A stretch of 64,000 nt of DNA from Macrostomum lignano (GCA_002269645.1 NIVC01000733.1:132766-196765), one strand, 5' to 3'. Shown: positions 24,601 to 36,607, numbered from the stretch's first letter. Translations and numbers: made by a program. The notes: a model not told the origin generated them from the sequence alone.

Positions 24601-24758
24601 GCAAGGACATCATGCTGTGCGCTGAGCAGTTCTCAGTTGAGAACGGCCTGCTAACGCCGACGTTCAAATCGCGGCGGCCGGATCTGCGCGTGAGATTTCG
24701 CGACGACTTCAAGCGAATGTACGATGGACTCAGGGCCTCCAGCAGTGCGGCAGCTTAA
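12692..24758 (+). CDS. ACSL1: Long-chain fatty-acid CoA ligase (ACSL1/5/6-like), ~700 aa. Exons: 12692-12847, 20014-20650, 21427-21527, 22208(or 22205)-22595, 22948-23429, 24420-24758
   Basis: All GT-AG junctions keep frame. The AMP-binding motif YTSGTTG-VPKG is reassembled across exons 2/3. Also present: YLSYLPLAHMFER, G-SAP, GYGQTE, WLHTGDIG, IVDRRKHLFKLAQGEYVAPEKIE and LLTPTFK. Exon 1 has an N-terminal hydrophobic anchor. The paralog assignment is uncertain. A candidate AATAAA lies at 25510-25515. Confidence 0.93.
13530..14172. repeat. ~29-bp minisatellite (CGTAAGCCTTGACATCTCAGCAATCCCCC)
   Basis: About 22 tandem copies in ACSL intron 1. Confidence 0.95.
14959..18444 (-). mobile_element. 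Full-length P-element superfamily DNA transposon (3,486 bp)
   Basis: Perfect 32-bp TIR CACAGACCAAGAAATATAACTAGACTGCGCAT at 14959-14990 and inverted at 18413-18444. 8-bp TSD GAATGAAC at 14951-14958 and 18445-18452. 17-bp subterminal inverted repeat ACGATCGATAATTGTGC at 15055-15071 and 18322-18338. Encodes a THAP transposase. Confidence 0.97.
15319..18150 (-). CDS. P-element/THAP9-type transposase, 943 aa, intronless and uninterrupted
   Basis: THAP zinc finger (CCALGCSNN...FHFFP...W...VCSVHF), coiled coil, then SPKAYEYVR and LPHPASLRKW. Likely catalytic D (VVADEMSL), D (FTCDG) and E (SQDFLELFF), plus a DVPH motif and C-terminal YIAGAV...C..C. First ATG at 18150; the track ORF starts upstream at a non-ATG codon. 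Confidence 0.96.
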   Translation of the reverse strand: MEESNSSKLPSRKSHGSFCCALGCSNNSSMSPAVSFHFFPKDTEMKRKWLVALRRKEFKPSATTQVCSVHFAESCFKEQLAGFLPTTRRRLYPNAVPSIFPTLPDRLQPVEKKRKTATAAAAAAQEVDFAAFLKAPECSKTKAQPTDTEADEPEQPLQELHANCVARELFEEKVRVLKNLRRRYKRLLAAHKRSKKSAKAIEILRRTVQSKYRKIRSLRSKHRQIKHRAKTLKDAILDLKAKCMLNEAAASRLNFLTSDSLLSSIVPCNRKRTKRFSDEVRKFASTLHFYSPKAYEYVRKYFQLPHPASLRKWLSNAKCFPGFCDQAFQELSRRRSSTDGQAFDYCNVVADEMSLESMIEWNSSEGMFFGYVDKGDGKPSDQEASSALVVMAVGLKSYWKLPLGYFLVNGVDGEFLSSVVEESIQRLYQVGVIATSFTCDGTQHNIRAIELLGSRISSPNEVVACFPHPCDPSIQVAAFLDVPHMLKLIRNQWQSLGRFVWPNRGNIEWKYVSMLQQVQESHGLRLGNKLSRHHINFANLKMKVYLASQLFSKSVADSLRWVHQQGVIGFEHSDVLVTADFVEHMNDLFDAFNSKRLVSYGAKMALRADNQSDWIDFFSSSIELLRSLETPAGCKIVETAKKTGFLGFITNCHGIMELAKYLFSTGEFFFLCTYKLSQDFLELFFNAVRLRNGWNHNPTPTQFRSAFRQLLVHAGGGILQSVSPNVRQQDATIQLSLSCLPSSSGQQPWKQMKAQNEMGLSLGSIQHCKNASVCEICQSIVCYIAGAVVRRMMKAVECAPCRSALIASSETPGASRGPCSLVAIKNVLNKEGTGGLIFPSSNVLRVLLNAETVVRRASYSSGFSSDVAVQEILRMSINLFPELDSHSASASISIESHKLHLIRVMAMLFINIRMKKLAKDLSRAGRKPGKRQRLLRTAIFLNL
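18638..18772 (+). CDS. Candidate alternative first coding exon of ACSL (MGNQSSTGQYSPSGDGNNNKSGTMRRSKSGTSVFPRYETQSTLLP)
   Basis: Exactly 45 codons from an ATG (preceded by in-frame TAA) to a GTAAGT donor at 18773. Phase 0 fits the exon 2 acceptor at 20014. It ends in QSTLLP, parallel to QSRVLS in exon 1a. Confidence 0.65.
19490..19905. repeat. 22-30-bp minisatellite with core AGGGGTGAGATTCTAGAGCC
   Basis: Tandem copies of increasing unit length at the 3' end of ACSL intron 1. Confidence 0.92.
20745..21310. repeat. 18-bp minisatellite (ACTCAAACTCGAAGCTTC)
   Basis: About 30 copies in ACSL intron 2. Confidence 0.95.
21670..22060. repeat. 31-bp minisatellite (GGGGTGAGATTCTAATGGAGTCTTATCTCTA)
   Basis: About 12 copies in ACSL intron 3. 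Confidence 0.93.
22622..22800. repeat. Degenerate ~20-bp repeat with GATATCGATTTT core
   Basis: About 8 copies in ACSL intron 4. Confidence 0.75.
23465..24330. repeat. ~51-bp minisatellite (GTACAAGTGTACTC...ATTAGTACACACGAACTTTAGAAT)
   Basis: About 17 copies in ACSL intron 5. Confidence 0.93.
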
Positions 24759-25027
24759 TGTGGTACTTGATTTTGAAGTTTATTAATTAACATAAAGGTA
24801 TGACTTATTAATAGGCCGAAATGAATCAATGTAATTAACTCATTATAATACATCTTGCGCCCCACTACTTTAACTGAGTTTTTTTCTTTTCTCAACTGAG
24901 TTCTTTAAATTTCTTAAATTTCGTAATTCACAAGCTCAATATACTACTTCTTTATTATTGTCATTGTTATTATTATTACAGAGCATTCCAGTTGTTTTTT
25001 TGAAGACTTTATTTCAGTTTGTCTGTA

Positions 25028-25065
<38 letters not shown>

Positions 25066-25726
25066 GTGTCAAAGAAGGTCATTCAAGCCCAGCCATTAGT
25101 TTTACCAACTTTCTACATTCTCCAACCAGGCGTCCCAAACTGTGTGCGTGTTTTTTGGTGTTTATTCTCTCCGTTTTTCTCCTGTTAAAAAAGCCAACCA
25201 ATCGTGTCCGCGTGTTTTGTTTTAAACACAATTCTCAAAATCTAATTGACTTTTTGGTAATGTAGTATCTTGAAATTCTCTTATTTATATAGTACTAATA
25301 GTAGCTTTTTGAAGTGTAGCACTGACAGCGGTCTCATGGATAAATATTGTACGCGAGTTCGGTTTTGATAATGGAAATCATGTTAATTTGTGTGTTGTTT
25401 TTTCTTCTAACCGACATTTTGCCTTGACAGAGTGACCATTAGCTACTTTATGATTCTTTATTTGTACTTTGTATTGTTATTATTATCATTAATACGCCTA
25501 GTAAAGCGAAATAAAGATATTATTCGCTGAAAAATATACCTAACAGCCTTACACAAGCCATCATCTATTTGAAAAAATAACTTTTTAACTTTAATTTTTT
25601 TGTGTATTTTTTCTAACTTTGTATTTTTTCTTTGCATACTACTGAATAGGCTTGGAAAATAGTAGTTCAGTGCGAATCTATATCGGAATGTAGTGTTGGG
25701 AGTAATTACTTTTTAGTAAGCGTCAC

Positions 25727-28700
25727 TGATCCCAGTTTCATTTGCAATGTCACTCTCCATCATTTTCACTCGTCATGTCACTGATCCCAGTTTCATTTGC
25801 AATGTCACTCTCCATCATTTTCACTCGCCTTGTCACTTATCCCCGTTTCATTTGCAATGTCACTCTCCATCATTTTCACTCGTCATGTCACTGATCCCAG
25901 TTTCATTTGCAATGTCACTCTCCATCATTTTCACTCGCCTTGTCACTGATCCCCGTTTCATTTGCAATGTCACTCTCCATCATTTTCACTCGCCATGTCA
26001 CTGATCCCAGTTTCATTTGCAATGTCACTCTCCATCATTTTCACTCGTCATGTCACTGATCCCAGTTTCATTTGCAATGTCACTCTCCATCATTTTCACT
26101 CGCCTTGTCACTTATCCCCGTTTCATTTGCAATGTCACTCTCCATCATTTTCACTCGTCATGTCACTGATCCCCGTTTCATTTGCAATGTCACTCTCCAT
26201 CATTTTCACTCGCCTTGTCACTTATCCCCGTTTCATTTGCAATGTCACTCTCCATCATTTTCACTCGCCATGTCACTGATCCCAGTTTCATTTGCAATGT
26301 CACTCTCCATCATTTTCACTCGCCATGTCACTGATCCCCGTTTCATTTGCAATGTCACTCTCCATCATTTTCACTCGCCTTGTCACTTATCCCCGTTTCA
26401 TTTGCAATGTCACTCTCCATCATTTTCACTCGCCATGTCACTGATCCCAGTTTCATTTGCAATGTCACTCTCCATCATTTTCACTGGCCATGTCACTGAT
26501 CGCAGTTTCACTTGCAATGTCACTCTCCATCATTTTCACTCGCCATGTCACTGATCCCAGTTTTATTTGCAATGTCACTCTCCATCATTTTCACTCGTCA
26601 TGTCACTGATCCCAGTTTCATTTGCAGTGTCACTCTCCATCATTTTCACTCGTCATGTCACTGGGGAGTACGACGTTTGCTTGCGGGAAGTTTGCTTGCC
26701 GAACTTTGCTTGCCGAACTTTGCTTGCGGAATTTTGCCTGCCGAACTTTGCTTGCCGAACTTTGCTTGCGGAATTTTGCCTGCCGAACTTTGCTTGCCGA
26801 ACTTTGCTTGCGGAATTTTGCTTGCTGAAGTTTGCTTGCCGAACTTTGCTTGCCGAACTTTGCTTGCAGGAAATTTGCTTGCAGGAACTTTGCCTGCCGA
26901 AGTTTGCTTGCCGAGCTTTGCTTGCAGGAATTTTGCTTGCCGAGCTTTGCTTGCAGGAATTTTGCTTGCCGAACTTTGCTTGCGAAATTTTGATGTCTGC
27001 TTTCTAGAAAATTGCAATCACACAATCGCAAGGTTTTAACTTGCAGAATTATTTTCTTGTTTGCTTGCTTGTTTTGATTGCTTGTAAAGTTGGTCAGTCA
27101 ATTATTACTTACTACAGATGCTTTGCAAGTGGATTCTTATCAGGGTCGACGTAAACTGACTCTTGACTTTCAAAGCTTTCAAACTAGGCTTATAGAGTTT
27201 CATTCTAAGAATGTAGTATATAGAGTGCTTAGAGATTTAGTATAGGTAGATAGGGATCGGTAACAGTATAAATCTTTGTAGTTCCTGATTTCAGCACGAT
27301 TGAGCAGGTATGATAATTGCAGTGATGCTAATGTATAATATTGCATATACGAGCGTACTAATAATATTTTAGTATATAAAATGTAGTTAATAATCCGCCA
27401 TATCCTCATACAAAATCATAACACTATAGGCGACTTCCACGAATCTTAGAAAATGAAAATTAGAAATACAAGAGCTCAAAAATAGGTTTCTTTAAGGTTC
27501 CGCAATAATTTGGCTGGCAAACCTCGCAAGCAAATTTCCTGCAAGCAAAGTTCGGCAAGCAAACTTCCTGCAAGCAAACTTCGGCAAGCTTATGTGCAGC
27601 AAGCAAATTTCCTGCAAGCAAAATTCGGCAAGCAAAATTCCGCAAGCAAAGTTCGGCAAGCAGACTTCGGCAAGCAAACTTCGGCAAGCTTATGTGCAGC
27701 AAGCAAATTTCCTGCAAGCAAAATTCGGCAGGCAAAATTCCGCAAGCAAAGTTCGGCAAGCAGACTTCGGCAAGCAAAATTCCGCAAGCAAAGTTCGGCA
27801 AGCAGACTTCGGCAAGCAAAATTCCGCAAGCAAAGTTCGGCAAGCAGACTTCGGCAAGCAAAATTCCGCAAGAAAATTCGGCAAGCAGACTTCGGCAAGC
27901 AAACTTCTCGCAAGCAAATTTCATAGACCCTGTCACTGATCCCAGTTTCATTTGCAATGTCACTCTCCATCATTTTCACTCGCCTTGTCACTTATCCCCG
28001 TTTCATTTGCAATGTCACTCTCCATCATTTTCACTCGTCATGTCACTGATCCCAGTTTCATTTGCAATGTCACTCTCCATCATTTTCACTCGCCATGTCA
28101 CTGATCCCCGTTTCATTTGCAATGTCACTCTCCATCATTTTCACTCGCCTTGTCACTTATCCCCGTTTCATTTGCAATGTCACTCTCCATCATTTTCACT
28201 CGTCATGTCACTGATCCCCGTTTCATTTGCAATGTCACTCTCCATCATTTTCACTGGCCATGTCACTGATCCCCGTTTCATTTGCAATGTCACTCTCCAT
28301 CATTTTCACTCGCCATGTCACTGATCCCAGTTTCATTTGCAATGTCACTCTCCATCATTTTCACTCGTCATGTCACTGATCCCCGTTTCACTTGCAATGT
28401 CACTCTCCATCATTTTCACTCGCCATGTCACTGATCCCCGTTTCATTTGCAATGTCACTCTCCATCATTTTCACTCGTCATGTCACTGATCCCCGTTTCA
28501 TTTGCAATGTCACTCCATCATTTTCACTCGTCTTGTCACTGATCCCAGTTTCATTTGCAATGTCACTCTCCATCATTTTCATTCGTCTTGTCACTGATCC
28601 CAGTTTCATTTGCAATGTCACTCTCCATCATTTTCATTCGTCTTGTCACTGATCCCAGTTTCATTTGCAATGTCACTCTCCATCATTTTCACTCGTCATG

Positions 28701-28790
28701 TCACTGGTCCCCGTTTCATTTGCAATGTCACTCTCCATCATTTTCACTCGTCATGTCACTGGTCCCAGTTTCACTTGCAATGTCACTCAT
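25727..28790. repeat. 55-bp satellite (TGTCACTGATCCCAGTTTCATTTGCAATGTCACTCTCCATCATTTTCACTCGCCA) interrupted by a foldback element
   Basis: Tandem copies at 25727-26663 and 27931-28790 in the same orientation. Confidence 0.96.
26664..27930. mobile_element. Non-autonomous foldback-type DNA transposon (1,267 bp) with arms built from ~14-bp tandem repeats
   Basis: Left end GGGAGTACGACGTTTGCTTGCGGGAAGTTTGCTTGCCGAA; reverse complement of the right end GGGTCTATGAAATTTGCTTGCGAGAAGTTTGCTTGCCGAA. Arms at ~26664-26990 and ~27520-27930 are inverted arrays of TTTGCTTGCCGAAC. 8-bp TSD TGTCACTG at 26656-26663 and 27931-27938. Confidence 0.88.
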
Positions 28791-29662
28791 TTTTGTTCAG
28801 AGTTAGAAAGCAAAGTCAAGGTTGAGTTCATCATTTCCGTCTCTTTCTCACTCTCGCTCTGCTTGCTCAGTGTTGAAGCTAACGAGTACCCCTAGCTACC
28901 ATCAGCCATGCATGGTGATGAGGTGTGGAGCATGGAGTCGCATCTCTCAGCAGGGTGCTGCAAGCGCTCCCAAACACACACACTAATGGAACAGGCGCAC
29001 AACAATGGATCACGCTGTGAGCAGAGTAACGCGAGAAGGCAGGCGCACCTGCTCCGCCAGGGAATTAACGGGGTTCCAAAGCCTTCATCCTCTGCGCAGC
29101 TTCCTCTCTGCCTATAGCTTAACTTCAGTTTTGGTTGGCTGATTCAGCTATAGCAGCCATAATCACAGAATATATATAGTCATTTCATCTTAAGTGTATC
29201 CAAGGCGTGGTGGGCATCAAAGAAATTCTTGGCCTAAGCCCGTTCAGCTCTGCACTCGCCATGGCAGGAAGTTAAGACGGAGAGAGGTAGATAGGCCCTA
29301 TAACTCCTTAAGTCCTGCATGTATACCTGACCTTAGCGATTCTACTAAGAAGACTGAGAGAAGAGAGAAAGATTGAGATTGAGTGTGCACACTCAGACTC
29401 AGAGAAGCTTCCACACTGCACGCCACGATCGCTTGTGTGTATGTGTGTGTTTACCGAAAGACCGTTCCTTCAGAGCTCACACAGCATATATATGTAAGAG
29501 GGTATTACAACAAGACCTCCAATACAGCCAACCAATAAGCGTGCTTAGAGAAATCGACGGAGACCAAAAGTTAGCTATATATATGTACTGAGTTCCTCGG
29601 AAAGGCGACCTATTATATACTGAATCAGACTTCCGTTCCACCTAGACAGAGGCGGACGGACA

Positions 29663-29971
29663 ATGCATCAGATGACGCAGAGTCAGTCAGATCCGGAGCA
29701 GTTGAAACGTGAGCATCTGCAGCTGTTAAAAGAGCTGCGCCAGAGGCGGATGCAGCGTTGCAGACGCTTCGCTGGTCGGTACAATGCCAGCGATGCTGAG
29801 AAATCTAAGCCAGCCAAGCTGGGACAGCATCCGGAGCTTCATCATCATAATTCAACAACAAGCAATATACCGGTAGCTCAGATCCTTCAGAAGCAATTAT
29901 TTATAAATCCCAGCGACTGCAGCGAGTGCTGCTGCAGCGATCATGACACGGAGGACGAGGACGACTTCTCG
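29663..29971 (+). CDS. Coding exon (MHQMTQSQSDPEQLKREHLQLLKELRQRRMQ...DTEDEDDFS), possibly an alternative first exon of CCDC62
   Basis: 103 codons ending at a phase-0 GTAAG donor (29972), with coding-like composition. No homology recognised. Confidence 0.5.
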
Positions 29972-30424
29972 GTAAGCTTTATTCGATAATGCAAACTGAT
30001 TTAAACAAAGGACTTTAAAAAACTAAGAACTATAGACTTTGAAAGGCAGCGGAGAAACAACTACGAGTATCAATATTTTCTGGTTTTTAATTTTTTGCAG
30101 AGCGATTGTTAAAAAAAGAAATTATGCAAACATGAGGGAATAAAGAGAGTAGATAAATAGCAAGCAGAGAGAGAGAGGGGGCAGAGGTAGAGGAACAAAA
30201 TGAGGTCGTGAGACTAGAGTAGTAGAGAGAGAGCAGTGGAAGATGAAGAGAGAGATGGAAAGAGTGGAGAAAGAGGAAGATAAAGGGGAGAAGGGTGGGA
30301 GAGAGAGCAAGAGTTCTGTACTCTCTCTCTCCCTCTCTCTCACTGATCATAATAGCCCTGACGAAGAATATACAATATTTGAAATATCTTAAACATCTGC
30401 GTTACCGTTGAGGTTTGAGAACGC

Positions 30425-30584
30425 TTCCCTATCTCTCTTCTCTCCCCCTCTCTCTCCCTTCTCTCTCCCTCTCTCTCCCTCTCTCTCCCTTCTCTCTCCC
30501 TCTCTCTCCCTCTCTCTCCCTTCTCTCTCCCTCTCTCTCCCTCTCTCTCCCTTCTCTCTCCCTTCTCTCTCCCTCTCTCTCCCT

Positions 30585-30616
<32 letters not shown>

Positions 30617-30790
30617 CCTTCTCTCTCCCTTCTCTCTCCCTCTCTCTCCCTTCTCTCTCCCTCTCTCTCATTTCTCTCTCCCTCTCTCTCTCGCCCTCTC
30701 TCTCCCTCTCTCTCGTGCTCTATCTTTCCGTATGTCTCCCCCTCTGTCTCTCTCTCTCCCTCTCTCTTCCTCTCTACCTCTATCTATCCA
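30425..30790. repeat. CT-rich simple repeat (a GA-rich tract precedes it at ~30140-30310)
   Basis: (CT)n and CCCTCTCT-like runs. Confidence 0.92.
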
Positions 30791-31498
30791 TAGAGATATA
30801 GAGCAGAGAGGCAGTGGAGGGCAGAGTTGATAAAGACACGAAAACCGTACTCAATTGAAACCTATACCTACTCCAGCAGTTTGTAAGCTTCCACACGCAT
30901 ACTCATTCCCATTACACATTGCCGCTCCAGCAACTGCAGTAAAATATTCAGTACCAGAAGTAAAACACTCCCAGTTGCTTATGGATATGTCTCCTCTTCA
31001 ATAGCTGGGAATAAAAAGTGTCTGTCTTCCAGAATCGACAGACAGACACAAAAGAGCTGCTGCAGTGGAAATGGATTAGGTAGGGCTGCAGAAATTCTTT
31101 AATTTCTTGGCGAATGCAAAGGAATATGGCTTGACTTTGGAATTCGGGAACAATGGAACGGAGATGAAGATGAGGATATAGCAGCTGCTGCGAGAGAGAT
31201 GGAAATTGAGCAATTTTAAGTTAGTCATGTGGGCGAAGCATGACCGTGGTAGAGGTGGAAAATCAATGTACATTACTGCATGCACTGTGTGCTTAAATCA
31301 TCGCTTGCTGGATGAAATTTCATCTTTTTCAATTGAATTATGAGACAAAAACCAGTGTGATACCAACAGTTAAGGCTGGCACTGCTGAGTGCGCGGCTGA
31401 AAATGATTGATGATCCGATGAGGTGTAGGGGAAGCTGGGACTGCTCTTCGGTTGCAGTATGCTGGTTTGAACTGCCTCTATGTTTGTAGGTCAAAGCT

Positions 31499-31575
<77 letters not shown>

Positions 31576-31596
31576 GGATAGATAGATAGATAGATA
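31499..31596. repeat. (GATA)n microsatellite
   Basis: Direct tetranucleotide run. Confidence 0.97.
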
Positions 31597-32677
31597 GCAC
31601 ACAGTGGGACGTATTTACTGTCAGTAACTGATGGCAGTCTAACCCTTCGCCAGAGAGGTCAAGCTGCAGCTACAGCGGCAGTCAGCCAGCCGGCTTCTTG
31701 TCACTAAATAGCGCATGTCTTTGAAAAGTAAATTTCTTGGGCAAACACAAGTCTATTCAGTTGGCTAAAACTATTGAACCACTTCAGCTCAGGTAAGGTA
31801 AACGCAGCTTATTTGAAAATGCCAAATGATTTAAAAAACAGACTGACATCGCCAACAGGCAAGCAAATATGCATCTAGCAAAAAAGTAGTGAATTTCCTC
31901 GATACTCTACTTTTAACCGTAGTCTAAGTAGAGTGTAATGCGCATGAGTAATAAACTTTTCAGCAGTTTTTTATCATTGCTACCCTAAATTGAGATCTGC
32001 ATTGGCTCTGTCAAACTTGCAACAGGCAGACTGTGTAACTTCATTATAATCGTTGTATAGAGACACTCGAAACTGCAGAACACACCTGGGCGTGTAGTTT
32101 GTGAATCACTCCATCATCAGACTCTATTATTATTATCGCAAAACGGTCTCAAGCAAGGCCCCCTCTTACGCGTTCTGCTCATCTCTTCAATGCAAATTGA
32201 TGACACAGAATTTCTTAGAAAATTGTTCAACCGTCAAAATGACGCTACCACCGGGCGCCACGCTTCTCGGTCAATTTTTTTATTGTATAAGTTTTTCATA
32301 AGCTGTCCATCTCAGCAATATGCGCTGCTTTTCATCGCAGAAATTTTCTTCGCATTTCACGGCGCTGGGCGTATTTACCTTGAGACCCAATCTGTCATCA
32401 GAGACTGGAACTGAGAGTGCAATTCTCTTCTGCGTTTGAAACAATTCTTTGGAGGGAATATAGCAATTAACTAAGCAAATATGTTGCTACACTGACACTT
32501 GAGCCGAATCAAATTCATTCCTGGGTGCCGACCTCTGCTGTCGTTAATCAAGCTACACTTCTTACTAGTAAACTCTCGATTAATTACTTCGTGATTCTTC
32601 ATAAGGCAATGCGGATACTGAAACTTGCGACCGTTTTCGCCTCTGGTGCTGGCGCCTCTGGTGCTGGCGCCTCTGGC

Positions 32678-32970
<293 letters not shown>

Positions 32971-33909
32971 GTCCGTACACCCTGTTCTCTCTTTTTTCAT
33001 AAAGATTTGAGTCCAGCGAACAAACAGCCCATTGAAGTAATTTTGATCTCTAATTTTGGCAGGAATTTAAGTGGGGACTTCAGACTGCGACAAAAATAAC
33101 ACAGTTTCTTCAGGAACCAGCAAACTAAATATTCATCAACTAATGCTAAAATATTCCACAGAAAAACATAGAAAAATAAAGTAACTCATCAATGTAATTG
33201 TGAGCGGCAATAGAATTACTTCTAGAGTAATACGTGCTCGTTGAGATTTTTGGCCCCAGAGCGAGCGACAGAGAGACTTAGTAGATGAGTTTGACGCCCA
33301 GGTGAGCTGGAAACATCACAGAGCAGAAGACGCGCAGTATTGTAAAACTTGAGGGGCGCATGCACGAGATGCCACAAATGCAGCGAGTCCTGTGAGTGAA
33401 CCGCTCGCCAAAAAATGTCTTTCATAGCCCCCCGACTGCGCGAGATTGCAATCTGTTCAAAAGCTGCTGCAGCAGAGAATCGCGCACAGAATGCTATAGC
33501 CAGTCGGGCAGACAGCCTTCGGACACTCCAACCCCAGCTTGAGCCGCAGGCGCAGACGGCAGGCCATTGCACATTGCACACACACACACTGGGGCTGGTT
33601 AACTGCCAATAAGTTTTCTGGCTTTCTCCTCTTCTCTCTTTCAGGTCTGACCCTCAACAGCCCCCGCCCTTAGTCCCCAAAGGTCTCATTCTATTTCTCT
33701 AGCGAAACTAGCACCTACTCACGCATTGGCTGTCCCAGCTGTCTCGCAGGCAAAACGCAAACCGAAACCCCCTATTACAGACAGGATCAGTGGAGCAACT
33801 TCTGAGAAAGATAAACTCTCAACTAGAAGCAGACACAGCGGCTTTAGTTGAGTCAACTCAAGCGGCCACGAAAGGAGTCACTACTAGCGCTGCCTGCGAT
33901 AAAAAAGTC

Positions 33910-35688
33910 ATGATGCGATCCAGACGAACTTCTGCTGGCGGCGACAACCACAGGAATGGATATGTAAGTGAAGTCTGCGCTATCGTTCTCAGATTGGTTT
34001 AACTGCTTCCTTAGTTCTCGAAATACCTGGATTATAAATTCGGAATTCTAATAGTAATATGATTACAGTAATGTGCAGATGTGCAACCGACAGCTCAGCC
34101 GCAGCTATTTAAGCGGCGCATCTGAAGGCTGCGTACGGCTGTTCAGTCCAAGGACTGGGGGGGGGTCGCCATACACAGCCTCAATTATCCCAGCTAATGC
34201 TGGCACCCATTTTACAGCTGGGTGAACTGAAGAAATGTAGAGTTAAGCGTCTTGCTCAAGGAAACAACTTCTTAGGTCGAGAATCTTCTGAAATTTCAAT
34301 AGATTGGTGCTTTTTTATGCGTTTCTAGTCAAGAAAAAACATGCTTGTAGTAGACTTCTTTTTCTGGAATTGAATTGAAAAAAATACATACATATTAAAA
34401 CAAACAAATCCGTCAAAATCCATCTCGACACAGTCCGGCACACCTGACTTTGAGAACGGCGTCATTGTCAAGCAGCGCAAAGAGCTGCAGCTGCTGGTCT
34501 CGGAGCTGCGAGAACGCGACACCGAGCTCAACGAGTTGGTCAACTCGCACCAGAAGCAGCTCAGCAACTGGGAGGCGGACAGAAAGAGGCTCATTGTACT
34601 GGAAGAGAAGCTCCGACAGAAGGACCAAGAGTTGCAGGAGAAGAACGGCCAGGTGAGCATAGATTAACGCGCGGCTCTTAACCATAAAAAACGAGTTTTA
34701 TTGAACTCTAAAAACATTCGTACATTGCAGCTGAAGTCTGCCATGTCCCGCCTGGAAGAGTCAGTCAAGCAGTCGGAAGAGCGAGCCCTGCAGGTGCAGG
34801 AGCTGCAGAAGCAGCAGGACCGCCTGCAGGACGAGAGCGCCGGCCTGCGTGGCACCTGCGAAGAGCTGGAGGACACAAACTACCAGCTGGACCGGAGGCT
34901 GCGCGAGACCAGCGCTCAACTCGTCCAGGTGGAGACCCGAGCTGGTCAGCTTGAGCAGGACGTGCACACGGCTGCTCAGAACCTGCACCAGCTGCTCCAC
35001 CGACTCAAAGCCAGCGACGCGTCTCGGAAAGAGCTCCAATCCCAGCAGGAAGAGCAGCGTCAGGAAAATGAGCAACTGCGAGCTGAGATTCGAAAGCTGG
35101 CCGGCGAGAGCCGCGACCTGCTTCGCGTCAACGAGAAACTCCAGCAGCAGACCGAGCAGCTGCAGAAGGACTGCCAGCTCGCCGCTGAAAGGGAACGACG
35201 CAAGGACGAGCTGGTGCAGAGCCAGCGACTCAAGCAGGAGCGGACAGACGCCGAGCTGCAGCAGCTGCGCGGGATGTACGAACGAATGCAGATGGACTTG
35301 GCCGCGCTGACCACCAATCTGGACACGAATCGGGACGGTGCAGCCGGCGGCGGGACTGACGGAGGCGCGCTGCTGGAGGCCGACCTGGCCAGGTGGACCG
35401 GCGGCAGCTCCCGCGGCGGCGCGAACGGCAACGCGCCTGCAGCAGTCAACGGCAGGCAGCAGCGACCTCCGCCGGCGTCGCTGCCGCTGTCCAGCAAGCC
35501 GCCACTGCGACGCGGCCCGCCGTCGACTGCGGCGTCCGTGGCCTCGTCGACGTTTTCACAGCCTCCCGCATCGTCGCAGCATTATCAGCAGCATCATCAT
35601 CATCAGCATCAGCAGCAACAGCAGCAGCAGCATCAGCCGCCGCCGCCGCCGCCCTATCACGTGGGCAGCGGCCGATTTCTAGGAAACA

Positions 35689-35720
<32 letters not shown>

Positions 35721-35840
35721 AGCGGCGGCAGATCCGGCGGCTCCCTGCCCGACTTGAGCCCCGGCGCCAACGAGGACTCCGACAGGTGGGCCGCCGCCTC
35801 CAAACGACTCGGCGGACGCGAATCCTCATCTGGGAGGCTG
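33910..35840 (+). CDS. CCDC62: Coiled-coil domain-containing protein 62 homolog. Exons: 33910-33963, 34434-34652, 34731-35840; 3' end unresolved
   Basis: KQRKELQLLVSELRERDTELNELVNSHQKQLSNWEADRKRLIVLEEK and ERERRKDELVQSQRLKQERTDAELQQLRGMY match the mammalian CCDC62 N-terminal and central segments as I recall them. Junctions are phase-0 GT-AG. A strong GTGAGT donor at 35841 implies a further exon, perhaps near 37.3 kb. Confidence 0.85.
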
Positions 35841-36607
35841 GTGAGTCAGGCTGGGATTCTTGAGTTTGGCTTCTTATTGAACTCAAGTGTCTTAGTATTG
35901 GGTCACGATTTACCTAATCGCTCGCTTCATTCGCACTGCAGCACAGCGGTCACTATGGCAACGGAAACCTACCGTACTATTCATCCTCGCTGGACAAATC
36001 AGTGCTCTACTCAAAAGACCTGCGCGACTACGCGTCAGATTTGGCATGAAGCGCACTGCTAATCCCACTGCCGACTGTTCACTTCAAATCCAATTGGATC
36101 AGAATATTTATACAAAACAGTGACAGTTTTGGCGTCAGTTTGAACTATCCGAGGACCCAATTGCATTGACCAAGCGGCTGTGTGTCTGTGATGATTCAGC
36201 GATCTATTTTATACATATTATAACAAAATCTAGCAGTTTTTATATTCCTGTTTATATTCTCTTCAATAGCGCACGCTTGCGATTTTGTGTTAAGCATCTG
36301 TGCTTTTCTGTTTAAATGCGCTTCACTATACACTGGCCTACGTGTTTAACCTTTTTTGCCCGCACCTAATCAGCATGATGTTATTTATATTGTACGCCCT
36401 CCACCCCAAGAGCGGGGCTTAGCGAAGCTTAATAAACGCTGCCATCAAGTAAGAAACCAGATCGAATGCAATGTGAACTTTAAACACTTGGATGGAGGCA
36501 CCGCACGAGGGATGAAAGTTGATAAAAAAAGGACTAGGGTTTACTTGGTCGTATTATGTCGGTCTGAGAATGACCCTTTGAGGCTGCCAGTATCAGTCTA
36601 ACATATT

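Noticed and set aside
25727-28790. CRISPR-like appearance of the 55-bp and 60-bp (58190-58700) arrays
   Set aside because: They are contiguous monomers with no unique spacers, there are no cas genes, and the context is eukaryotic.
34761-35886. Overlapping antisense and alternate-frame ORFs in GC-rich exons (also within ACSL, the receptor and the transposase)
   Set aside because: These are expected shadows of GC-rich coding sequence, with no independent evidence.
35841-36062. CCDC62 ORF read-through to the stop at 36062
   Set aside because: A strong GTGAGT donor sits at 35841 and composition changes to non-coding after it, so this is probably intron.
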